DNA of 20,000 bases from positions 53,818 to 73,817 of the forward strand of contig KZ538409.1 in assembly GCA_000934665.2 (NCBI GenBank). The letters run 5' to 3'. Under the pieces are notes generated by a model that was given only the letters and a program-made list of their open reading frames with translations, was not told the origin of the DNA and did not search any database. The DNA comes from Catajapyx aquilonaris. Its lineage: Eukaryota. Made by a program: the position numbers and the translations under genes. The first letter of the stretch is position 1; every line of letters starts with the position of its first letter. This document shows positions 1 through 9,709 of this stretch, one piece after another.

Positions 1-409
1 ATTGTTGGAAACAATGCAAACTTACATATATGATATATTGGAATACTTTTTTGGGAGCTGCTTAAATTCTCAAGATATGTGATGAGCACTGATATATTCA
101 TACGTGTATATTCATATTTAAAATTCTTGTAACTCTGAGCACACGTGATTTGTTGCTTCATATTGCCATCTCATGATCTGCTTTTCACTTATTTGCTGCA
201 CCCTAACTTTAGTACTTATATAATTTGCATAACTGGAAGGCCCCTAATCATTTATTTTTGTGTCTGCTTAGAACTCTGTACAGGGTCTGATCTTTTGAAG
301 AATGGGCAAATATGTGGGTCATATTAAGAATGGGACATAGAAAGTAATACATGGAAAGTGATCCTACATTCATTATCATGCCATATCATTTTCTCAAAAT
401 GTCCCACAG

Positions 410-642
410 GAGCCCTCTTTCTGGAACTTTGGAAGCGTTATTCTGCAGAGATAACGTACAGGTGGGACCTGACTGGTTTTGACACTCAGGATGAGCATCC
501 AAGACCAGAGTATCTGGCCAGGTTGGCCCATGTGCGAAAAAAGACCATCAATGTCATTACAAACAGTGCTGAACCTGCAGTGCCATTCTGGAGGATGAAG
601 TTTCCAGCATTTGTCTTCAGCTTCTCTCTTGTCTTGCTATTG
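410..642 (+). CDS. Anoctamin/TMEM16 family protein, internal exon (first exon in window; gene starts upstream)
   Basis: cag acceptor 407-409, gtaagt donor at 643. Encodes ALFLELWKRYSAEITYRWDLTGFD...EHPRPEY, a typical anoctamin segment. Confidence 0.93.
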
Positions 643-701
643 GTAAGTAGCTGGTCACTTTAGGTATGTGTGACACTTTCACAGTTTTCTTGTACCATCA
701 G

Positions 702-872
702 ATAGTCCTGGCACTGGCAGCTGTCATTGGAGTCATTCTGTACCGCATGTCAGTTCTGGCGGCTTTGTATATTCGTTCCCGCAATGATGAGATCATCACC
801 AGTTACGCTCTCCTTATCACCACAGGAACGGCTGCCTGCATTAATCTTGTCTGCATTATGGTTTTTAATCGG
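702..872 (+). CDS. Anoctamin exon
   Basis: Follows a 59-bp GT-AG intron (643-701), phase 0. Encodes IVLALAAVIGVILYRMSV...TAACINLVCIMVFNR. Donor gttagt at 873. Confidence 0.92.
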
Positions 873-991
873 GTTAGTACAGTCTTTCAGTTGTGTGCAT
901 GCTTGTTGGCTAAGTCTTCACCATTTTAACCGATATAGGAACTTGTTATCAAGACTCTTTGTCATAAGCAATATAAATAATGGTAAGTCTA

Positions 992-1168
992 GGGAGGCAT
1001 GGTGGTCTGGTGGTTACGCCACTGGCCAGCCAAGTGGGAGGCTGGGGTTCAAATCTCGTCCCCGTCACCTCAGCTTGGCTGGGTCTTTTTCTGCTTTTCA
1101 CCCGACATGCCGGGGGAGAATTGCACTCCCTACTCTGCCCAGGGCCAGGAGAAAAGGTCTGGTGTATT
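992..1168 (+). mobile_element. tRNA-derived SINE family A, copy 1 (3' part missing or rearranged)
   Basis: A box TGGTCTGGTGG, B box GGTTCAAATC. Body nearly identical to the copies at 2802-3037 and 16884-17153. Confidence 0.85.
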
Positions 1169-1186
1169 TTAAAACCCTATCACTCA

Positions 1187-1617
1187 AAAACTTGTAGACA
1201 TATTTTAATGATTTCAGTTTTGATATGCTAAGAAGTGTCTAAAGTTTGGTGGGGGTGGGGGGGGGGGGGCTAGGCACATTGGGAAACTTCTCATTCAAGA
1301 CTTCACACGCTAGGAGGCTGAACAAATGAAACTTTGGTACGGCAGGTTTGTTTCATGGATGAGGCTACTTTTTTATTTGAATCGTCAAGAACAATGTGTG
1401 TGGTGTAAAGATCCGAGATATCCAGCGTATATGAGATAGGATTGCAATGGTGACTCCAAATATGATTGAGCGGGATTTGACAAGATACCGATTGCGTATT
1501 TTAAATCTTCTGAGTGACAAATAAAGCTCGTATTGAAACAAACTAATGTGGGACCAAAACTTCAGACATTTTGTAGCCTTTCAAAACTTAAATCATTAAG
1601 AAATGTCTACAAGTTTT
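1187..1617. repeat. Diverged ~64-bp inverted repeat pair, probable DNA transposon remnant
   Basis: 1187-1250 aaaacttgtagacatattttaatgatttcagttttg... is the reverse complement of ~1554-1617 ...caaaacttaaatcattaagaaatgtctacaagtttt. Confidence 0.6.
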
Positions 1618-1932
1618 CCAGTTATCTATAATATTTAAATGCTTGCGATGTGTGACCGCGATGTGTGACAAGGACGCGGTGACCTCACAACAGGGGAGGG
1701 GGAGAGGAGGGGGGAAGGAGGAATGGTCAAATTGGAACGTCGTAAACAAACCGAACATAGGCCAGGTCGGGATGTTGTTTATCAGTGCTGCCAACTCCAT
1801 GGACACTGAACCCGCGGATAGGTCGAGAACGTCAAAAGAAAGTGTCACGAATAATGAAACCAGTGTAGTGTTTTGATCATCTAATACAAACACTGCAGAG
1901 TTCCATGGACGTTTATAATAGGGGGGAGTTAT

Positions 1933-2130
1933 TTATTTATTTATTTATTTTTATTTTTATTACCCCGTGATGCCCCTTACAGGAGCTATAGGGGGGTGGC
2001 ATACCACCATCAGTTTTCTGTTTTTTACTTCAATCTCCGTGCAAGGACTGGTTCGGGATATAGGGTAGGGAAAGGGATTGTTGGGGAGGGGACACTTGTG
2101 CAGGTGCATTGTCCTAGCCTTTTTTAGGCT
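1933..2130 (-). mobile_element. 5'-truncated retroposed SINE fragment with (TAAA)n tail
   Basis: 15-bp TSD ataggggggagttat at 1918-1932 and 2131-2145. Microsatellite tail. Shares aggacaatgcac...gagattgaa with the SINE at 5901-6339. Confidence 0.8.
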
Positions 2131-2801
2131 ATAGGGGGGAGTTATGAGCAGTTAGAAAAACGTGGTCGGAAAGGGTGCATATAATTTAGGCACGTGTGCG
2201 AGTGCATGCGAGTATAGAAGCGGTAGAGGTTGTGAGTTTCTGTTCTTACAATAATTGTGGTTTTTTAAAATTCAAAAGGTATTGGTATGTTGAGGTGGGA
2301 AAATGCATATTTCTCAGCCAATACAAAGCAAAGGTGGGATTACAGATATGTCGCAGAGTACGGAATCACGGATGTGTGAATGCATGGAGGAACGGGTGGG
2401 GGTGTATGCATGTGATTGGGGGGGATGGGCATCATCATTGCCTATAAATCAGAAGTGATTAAAAATATGGTAGGCACTGCAGGCCATAGGCCTAGAAAAA
2501 AGCGAGTGGTTTTCTATGCCTGCGCCATAGAAAAATGGGAGCGTAAGCGAGGGTTTTTCTAGTAGGGTTTTAAAATCCAAGCATTCTTTTTCGATAACCC
2601 AGTATTTCATTCCATTTCATGTATCCTGTATAATTGCTATTAATGTGATGAATAGGTGCAGACCATAAAAAATCAAAATTCAAATATTGAATAGCCCATA
2701 AGAGTTTTTCAGACACCAGAATACATCGCACAGAGTGAAGGGGGGAAAATGTCAGAAGTAAAATGTATTTTCAACTTTTGGCTCAGGTATTTAAAAAAAA
2801 C

Positions 2802-3037
2802 AACCCTTGTGATAGGGCCAGGGAGGGCGCTCTTAAGTGGTCATTTCTGGCCTATTATATACCAGACCTTTTCTCCTGGCCCTGGGCAGAGAAGGGAGTG
2901 CAAGTCTGCCCGGACATGTCGAGTGAAAAGTGGAAAAAAACCCGCCAAGCGAAGGTGACGGGGACGGGGATGGGATTTGAACCCCGGTCCTCTGCTTGGC
3001 TGGCCAGTAGCATAGCCACTAGACCAACATGCCCCCC
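2802..3037 (-). mobile_element. tRNA-derived SINE family A, copy 2
   Basis: Reverse complement of copy 1 plus a 3' tail ending GCCCTATCACAAGGGTT. Confidence 0.85.
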
Positions 3038-3210
3038 ACACAGGTTTTACTTATTTTCTCTAGTCTAAAATCATGACTTTCTCCTTTAACACACCCTTTG
3101 ATATAAAACAATATTGCAATACTTTTTCAATAACATTTCTATATTTATAGAAGCTTCCATTAAACATAAGTTTGTATTAGTGGTCACTAGGTCATGATAA
3201 ATATTTTCAG

Positions 3211-3414
3211 ATGTACAATGTGCTGGCTGAGTACCTCACGGAGATAGAGCTTCATCGGACTCAGACAGAGTTTGATGATGCACTCACCCTCAAGTACTAC
3301 CTTCTGCAGTTTGTGAATTACTATGCATCAATATTTTATGTTGCCTTCTTCAAGGGACAATTCGTGGGCTATCCTAGAGAATACAACCGCTTCTTTGACT
3401 CCAGACAAGAGGAG
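3211..3414 (+). CDS. Anoctamin exon
   Basis: ttttcag acceptor. Encodes MYNVLAEYLTEIELHRTQTEFDDALTLKYYLLQFVNYYASIFYVAFFKG...RQEE. GT donor at 3415. Confidence 0.95.
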
Positions 3415-3494
3415 GTACATAATTAACTAATGGAACAATTTACAAATTGACGTGTTCTTAAGATGTTTGGTAAAAAATGACATCTTATTTTAAG

Positions 3495-3592
3495 TGTGGT
3501 CCGGGTGGCTGCTTGATGGAGCTGAGCTTACAACTCATTATCATCATGGTGGGGAAGCAGGCCGTGAACTCCATCATAGAGCCACTTTACCC
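3495..3592 (+). CDS. Anoctamin exon (not in ORF track)
   Basis: ttttaag acceptor. Hand translation gives CGPGGCLMELSLQLIIIMVGKQAVNSIIEPLYP, the conserved CxxxGCxxEL..QL.IIM.GKQ motif. gtgagt donor at 3593, phase 2. Confidence 0.93.
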
Positions 3593-4545
3593 GTGAGTGT
3601 TGCCTGAAGGAATGCAGGTTTTTTTGTTGATTAGGATCCGAAAATTTAATGCCTGGGCATCCTTTAGGGTCAAAATTCTGACGTGTTCTTGAGAAGGGTG
3701 ACACCCATGACTGCCGCAGTGCACATTATGTGACAGAATGATGAAAATGTCATTGAGAAAGAGAGTAGACTACTTTTGCTGATTATTATCATTACCGTCT
3801 CCTTTCGATTAAAGCTGGTATGAATGTAAGAATCCCACATGTGAAACTTTGAAACTCTGCATGAGATAAGAAGAACCTGGGCTTGTGGGATCAAATCTGG
3901 GACTTCTCTATCCATGAGCATAAACATTACTGATGCAAACACCCAACTTCTAGTATGTTTTCAGCACATTGTGGCCATTTTAAATGGGGGAAAAAAACAC
4001 TTTCATGCCCAGAATTTCACTACTGTTAAGAGAACATTATAAACCGAGTTTCATATTTGTCGTATAATGTAATTAGTACAACTTCCACTAAATATTATTG
4101 TGGTGATCTGCAAAATCAATCCTGGATGTCATCCTTCTCAGGGACCTCTGTGTGGGTGGTGGTAGTGTAATGATGTAATATTTGGCCATTGGATGTTCCA
4201 CCATAACATATTACTACGGACAAATTTTCAGAACAGTTTGAGGAACTTGGTTCGAAAACTATTTTGAAACTATTTCTTTCAAATGAAATTACCCTTGAAG
4301 TTACTACATGGATACTACATGATATCCCTGAAAAGGACAGGCAAAAAAATTTGCTTGCAGCAATATGGGCCCAGGAACTAGTGGCTCAGGGTAAACAATT
4401 TGGGGCCTGGAAAGTAAGAATCAGGCAAAGGCAGTAAAATTCCCACTTCCGGGATAGGAAATAAAATCCACTCGAAGGCCTTTTCAGATCAAAGAGGCTC
4501 AGTGAAGGTCATATTCATTTTATTAAATGATGTCTTATTTTTCAG

Positions 4546-4694
4546 CCTGATTACTAAGTGGTGGCGGTCTATGAGGGTGAAACCAGAAGCAACGCCAACA
4601 CATGAGTCCAACAAAATGAGCAGCCAGTATGTGAAGGATTACAGACTGGCTGAATGGGGAAGGCGAGCTCTCTTCCCAGAATACCTAGAAATGG
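4546..4694 (+). CDS. Anoctamin exon
   Basis: ttttcag acceptor, phase 2 matches the previous exon. Encodes LITKWW...QYVKDYRL...LFPEYLEM (Ca2+-site ExxE motif). gtaaga donor at 4695, phase 1. Confidence 0.93.
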
Positions 4695-4769
4695 GTAAGA
4701 ATTTTCTGCAGAACTCGATCTTTGCATGACACATGAATACATATCTTGCAATCTGCTCTTTCATTGTAG

Positions 4770-4975
4770 TCCTGCAGTATGGCTTTGTGACCATTTTTGT
4801 GGCTGCATTTCCACTGGCCCCCTTGTTTGCCTTGCTGAATAATATCCTTGAGATGCGTCTAGACGCCAAGAAGCTCCTCTTCTACCATCGCAGGCCAGTG
4901 GGACAGAGGGTCAAGGGTATAGGAGTTTGGTACAGGATTCTTGATTCCATTGGGAAGCTCGCTGTTGTCACCAAT
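4770..4975 (+). CDS. Anoctamin exon
   Basis: tag acceptor 4767-4769. Encodes (V)[34 protein letters not shown]...IGVWYRIL...VVTN, the family hallmark. gtaagc donor at 4976. Confidence 0.96.
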
Positions 4976-5148
4976 GTAAGCAATTTTTATTTCGCCACTC
5001 AAATTGTGTCAGGTGAGAATGCCATGTTGTATCTTGAACTGTTCTGAAAGGATCCAAGTAGATGTGTGTGCCACAGTATCATTTCAAAGTTCCTTTCTTG
5101 AAGTGTTGAGCCCATGGGCCTTACCTGCCAAGTCCTAAAATGTGCATA

Positions 5149-5410
5149 ATAATAATGGATACCCTGTGATAGGCCCCTTGGGCCTCTTAGGGGATCATCT
5201 TTTGAATTACCGACTTTAATCATTTGCCTGAAATGTGATGGATTTTGATAGTGGGAGGAAACGGGAGAACCCCGAGAAAACCCACGCGAACACGGAGAGA
5301 ACCCATCGAAACTCTATCCACATAAGTATCCTCCGTCCAACCCGGGGATCGAACTCGGGACCTTAGAGGCGGAAGGCTGCGGCGCTAATCACTCGGCCAC
5401 CGTGTCGCCC
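5149..5410 (-). mobile_element. tRNA-derived SINE with V-domain-like core (V-SINE)
   Basis: Minus strand: A box TGGCCGAGTG, B box GAGTTCGATCC, core GTTCTCTCCGTGTTCGCGTGGGTTTTCTCGGGGTTCTCCCGTTTCCTCCCAC, (ATT)n tail. TSD taaaatgtgcata at 5136-5148 and 5411-5423. Confidence 0.88.
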
Positions 5411-5519
5411 TAAAATGTGCATACCTTTTGCATGAAAGGACCTGTTCAAGGTTATCCTGAGAAGCCCTGCAACCCAAATGACAAAAGTTAGGCTCATGTT
5501 GTGTAGTGTATATTCCAGC

Positions 5520-5885
5520 CCACGGACACTTATACTACGTTCTGGCGTTATCACCTGCCGAGGCATTTTGCAGCGAGTTCTCACCTGAGACCGCCATGTG
5601 ACATTTCGGAGCCACGATAAGTGGCGACCCTACCGGACTAAGGCTGAACTTTATAGGTACGAAAGGGGGGGCTACATTGGGGGGCCCAACATGGCCGCCG
5701 GCGGCCATGTTGGGTCATCATGTAGCCCTCCCCTTTCGTACCTATAAAGTTCAGCCTTAGTCCGGTAGGGTCGCCACTTATCGTGGCTCCGAAATGTCTC
5801 ATGGCGCTCTCAGGTGAGCGCCCGTTGCAAAACGCCCCGGCAGGGGGTGGGTGGGAGTGACCAGACCTTACTTATATGACCGTGG
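5520..5885. mobile_element. Palindromic (foldback) element, probable MITE
   Basis: Arms nearly perfectly complementary over ~5580-5819. Spacer-less centre atggccgcc|ggcggccat at 5699/5700. Looser pairing out to ccacgg/ccgtgg. Confidence 0.75.
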
Positions 5886-5900
5886 TATATTCTATGCACC

Positions 5901-6308
5901 CACCGAAGCAGTAGTGGTGTAGTGGATATGGTGTCCGACTGCTAATCGGGAGGTCCTGGGTTCGAGTCCCGGAGGCCGGCGGTCCTGACCTTGGTTTTCT
6001 GTGGTTTTCCAAAGTCACCCCAGGGAAATCCCGGGATCGTACCGTTAAATAGGCCACAGCCGCTTCCTTCCTTTCCCTGGAGGAGGCGCGGTGTCGGTGG
6101 GGGGGCTTCCGGCCGCGCCTAGGGGCGTGTCTAAGCTTGGCCCCCTGAGGGACTGCACACGGCCCCCACCACAGGACAATGCACTGCACCTTTGTTCCTC
6201 CCTCCCTATCCCTTCCCTGTCCCTGCACCGGTGAGATTGAAAAGTTAGAAAAATGGAGGAGATCTCCTCCCCCTGCATTGGCCAATTGGTCTCAAGGGGG
6301 ATCCCAAA

Positions 6309-6339
<31 letters not shown>
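5901..6339 (+). mobile_element. tRNA-derived SINE family B, full length
   Basis: A box TGGTGTAGTGG, B box GGTTCGAGTCC. Central domain ggttttctgtggttttcc...cagggaaatcccgggat...ggccacagccgcttccttcc resembles Lm1/Talua-type insect SINEs. (TAAA)n tail. 14-bp TSD atattctatgcacc at 5887-5900 and 6340-6353. Confidence 0.9.
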
Positions 6340-6984
6340 ATATTCTATGCACCAAGTTTTACGCTCAAGGGCGTCTTATATGTCGTCAAATACAGTATGT
6401 TGCATTCTTATCCACGTATAGTCAAATGTTAAGTTTAGTTATGGGAGGGGGAATGCGATTGGACCAGTCCAAATCGCATTCGGGTTGGCTGCTGCAGTGG
6501 ATCTGCAAACTGGGGCTGAATGGGAATTGACGGTTTAGGTAGGTTCAATTCAGTTCAGTAGTTGTTGGCCCGAATACGATTTGATACAGGGCTCCACATC
6601 CGGGGATAGGGGACTAGTTAAGAGCACGCAAAAAGAGAGGGAGTTTGGGGGGGGGGGGGGCNGGCTGGGCTCGAAGATGGGGCTTTCTTGGCCAGCCAAT
6701 TTTACCAAATCCTGCAGAGATGTGGTAGCCTATGCCTTAGTTACAAATTGAGACTCTCTACCCCCATTGACGATCTGGTCATCACCTACCACAATGAAAT
6801 GTTTGGCTACGACTACTGGAATGACTTCTATCCCAGAACAGTCACACAGATGCAGACATTCTGAGAGAGTACTCTTTGTATGTCTGATCTTACTTTCATT
6901 TTCTTGTCAGCTTATGGATGGTGGTCGAAGAATAGGATTATCAGACCTGTAAGTTATATGGTTTTTGTATTCCCATATTTGCAG

Positions 6985-7163
6985 GGCTTCATCATTGCTT
7001 TCACATCTGAGTTCATACCCCGCCTGGTGTATCGATACACTGTGAGCAAGGATGGAAGTCTGGAAGGATATCTGGAACACTCCTTGGCCAAATTCAACCC
7101 AAGGGACATTGACAACATGTCCTTTCCACTGAAAAATCCCAATCATGATGTGGATGAGTGCAG
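6985..7163 (+). CDS. Anoctamin exon
   Basis: ttgcag acceptor. Encodes GFIIAFTSEFIPRLVYRY...GSLEGYLEHSLAKF...EC(R). GT donor at 7164, phase 2. Confidence 0.94.
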
Positions 7164-7228
7164 GTAAAAGGCAACATTTTTTTGATATTACTCTGTAGAT
7201 TCTATTAATATTATTAATTTATTATAAT

Positions 7229-7624
7229 GTGGCCAGCTTTCCTTCTGTTGAGCGCCAGACCGAGCAGGCCATAAGCTGGTGAAAGTCGACGTAGAATTAT
7301 AAGGGACAAAAACCAAAAAGAATGGTTCCTTGGAAATGTTGTAAGGTCGCTATAAAGTTACGTTAGGTAGAAATCCATTCATTACATCGCGAAATATTTA
7401 CTTCACCTTGGTCCCATCAATCCTCTGTAAGCCACAAGGGAAGGCTTGTTTTCACTGGCAATAACTGTGACGTAGAATTAGAATTTAAAGAAACCAAAAG
7501 TGGTGGTTCCTTGGAAATGTTGTAAGGTCTCGAAAAAGTTACGTCTGGTTGAAATCCATTCATTATACCGCGAAATATTTACTTCACCTGGGTCCGATCA
7601 GTCCCCGGACGGAAAGCAGGCCAC
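7229..7624. mobile_element. TIR element with internal tandem duplication
   Basis: TIRs gtggccagctttcc (7229-7242) and ggaaagcaggccac (7611-7624). Direct repeats 7288-7423 and 7469-7604, period 181 bp. Confidence 0.7.
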
Positions 7625-8118
7625 GATATTAATATAAATGCATGCACCATACTACTATAGATAGGATGTACAAAGGCAGTCTGTGCTAGTGTATTAGGAG
7701 TCAAGCTGGGAGGTCCTGGGATTCAGTCCACCAGATCGGAAAAGTTGAGAAAGATAGAGGTTTACAAAGATATTATTTAAAAATCCCCCAGAGCAACCTG
7801 ATTCCTGGATTTAATTGCTATTGTTGTTTATTATTATTATTATTATTATTATACCCCAACCCCCTCCTCTCTCCCCTCTCCTCCCAATTGTTGGAGTGGG
7901 GGGTGGGATGGGTAGTTTATAGTTTTATTTTTGTACGTTTTAATTTAGTTCATATGTGGGGTTAACTTGCGTCTCCCTTCATCGCTGACTACTCGTTATA
8001 TAGGGAAATGTCGTGATGGTGGTGGTGGTGTATTATTAGACACTGACTAGATATTTTGAAAATTTACAATAAACCACTCAAAAGCAACTTGAAGGGACTT
8101 GAAGCAAATTAAACATTT

Positions 8119-8366
8119 GGAGACCTTGGGGGAAGAACGATCAAGGTCCACTTTTTTGTCAAAAATGAGTTGCATATCTCAGAAGATAGTTTCACTAGTG
8201 TAGAATGTGATGGTTTGGTTGTGGTTGTGGAGTAATGATCACAGTCCACTATGGAAGGCCCTGAAAGTGGGATTTACAATAGGACCTTATGGGCCTTCGA
8301 AATTTGAAATTGAAATATCTCAGTTTCACATGAGGTGGACATGATCGTTCTTCCCTCGAGGTCTTC
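8119..8366 (+). mobile_element. MITE with ATTT TSD (Sola1-like), copy 1
   Basis: ~32-bp TIRs ggagaccttgggggaagaacgatcaaggtccac / gtggacatgatcgttcttccctcgaggtcttc. attt on both flanks. Second copy at 14742-14995. Confidence 0.85.
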
Positions 8367-8408
8367 ATTTATTGTTGTTGTTAAGCAGAAATGTGGCTCT
8401 CTTTCCAG

Positions 8409-8514
8409 GTACCATGATTACAGGGAGCCTCCAGATAGTCCCAATGCTTATGCGAAAACAGACGTGTTCTGGAGAGTTTTAGTTGCCCGCCTTGCATTTG
8501 TTGTTGTTTTTGAG
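8409..8514 (+). CDS. Anoctamin exon
   Basis: tttccag acceptor. Encodes (R)YHDYREPP...FWRVLVARLAFVVVFE. gtgagt donor at 8515. Confidence 0.94.
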
Positions 8515-8538
8515 GTGAGTGTAACATTTTTGAGATTA

Positions 8539-8894
8539 CAAATAGTCCCTGACTTACGTCACCTGTACTCAGGTAGATCCGGACTTACATTTAAAAAACC
8601 TGTCGTGCAGAAAACAATGCAGAATTGATGGAACTAACTGGTATAGTGGCGATGTTTCAAATCCACACTACTTGTTTTCAGAGCAAGGCGAGTAGTAATG
8701 GTGATATCACCATAAACCACACAGATACACCAGCACAAATGGTGCCAGGACCAATGCCTTGGGACCCGGCATAAGTGTTATGGATTCGTAATGTTGCTTA
8801 GGTTGTATAATAAAACATGGCTCCGAGTTAGGTAAAACTCAACATATTTATAGGGTTGTGGAATGATCCACTTACGTAAGTCAGGGACTGGCAA
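8539..8894. mobile_element. pogo/Tigger-like MITE
   Basis: Perfect 16-bp inverted repeat agtccctgacttacgt (8544-8559) / acgtaagtcagggact (8874-8889). TA symmetrically placed at 8537-8538 and 8895-8896. Confidence 0.65.
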
Positions 8895-9119
8895 TATAAT
8901 TAATCGGTTTATCAGTCTAGTTCAAAACTATTGTAATAAATGCATGCAGACCACTCAGTGAAATTTAAACATACATGTATACTGTACCACCATAAATGCT
9001 TTGGAAGCAGTTTTTAAAAACAAAAACGTCATGAATATCTCAATGTGGACCACAAAACCACAAACTGTATTATATAAACTCACGTAGAAGCTGCAACTAC
9101 TAATTATTTTATTTTGCAG

Positions 9120-9425
9120 AATGTAGTAGCAGTGGTGATAATCTTGGTGAACTGGTTGATCCCCGATGTCCCTCGTTCCCTTCGTGACCAGATGCGCAGG
9201 GAGGCCTACATTACAAATGAAATTGTCATCAAGCAGGAGATGATTCGCTCACGGGGTCTCATTGGTGGTGGTGACAGCACTGGATGGAATCCTGTCACAG
9301 ATGAACATGAGCTTGACTTGATCAGGCCTAATGGTGATGGGGGAAGTAGTTTGGCAAGGCGACGGAGGAGTGCCAGAGGTGCAGGAAGAAGTGGAGATGC
9401 AGAATCTCAAGAGGTGATGCTGTGA
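9120..9425 (+). CDS. Anoctamin terminal coding exon
   Basis: ttttgcag acceptor. Encodes NVVAVVIILVNWLIPDVPRSLRDQMRREAY...QEVML. TGA at 9423-9425. Confidence 0.93.
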   Translation, partial: NVVAVVIILVNWLIPDVPRSLRDQMRREAYITNEIVIKQEMIRSRGLIGGGDSTGWNPVTDEHELDLIRPNGDGGSSLARRRRSARGAGRSGDAESQEVML

Positions 9426-9709
9426 CATTGTCCTAGCCATCTTTTAAATGCTGGGTGTTGAGGGCTAATTTCTCATATCTGTGGCAAGCTTTTGGCAGAT
9501 TTCAGAAAGAATTCATACATTTTTACAATAGCAGACATCACAGGAAATGCTACAAAACCCACTGCCAATCAGAGAAAATTAGAGTAGCCTAGTGTGCCAC
9601 AAACGTGACAAGCTTAGTAACTCATTGAATCTGCAGGAGAATGAGAGGATTTATCATGAACTTTGGAAATTTAGAAATCTCATTGGAAAACTGTGGTGGA
9701 ATGCATTAG

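Noticed and set aside
5905..5975. tRNA gene (GCT anticodon loop, A/B boxes)
   Set aside because: No acceptor stem or Ser-type long variable arm. It runs into a SINE body with tail and TSD.
5872..6285. 137-aa minus-strand ORF, and similar ORFs such as 727-1197, 2763-3068, 11762-12139, 15898-16158
   Set aside because: They lie in SINEs or MITEs, or in alternative frames of anoctamin exons, and show no recognisable domain.
6450..6583. Small inverted repeats (gaatgcgattgg / caaatcgcattcggg / cccgaatacgatttg)
   Set aside because: Probably a TE remnant, but no definable termini or TSD.
6647..6662. Poly-G run with an N
   Set aside because: Likely a sequencing or assembly ambiguity at a homopolymer.
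7288..7604. CRISPR-like repeat-spacer array
   Set aside because: Only two long diverged units, eukaryotic intron, no cas genes.
410..9425. Specific orthologue name (e.g. Drosophila subdued or ANO1)
   Set aside because: Family is clear and acidic Ca2+-site motifs are present, but paralogue assignment needs a phylogeny.
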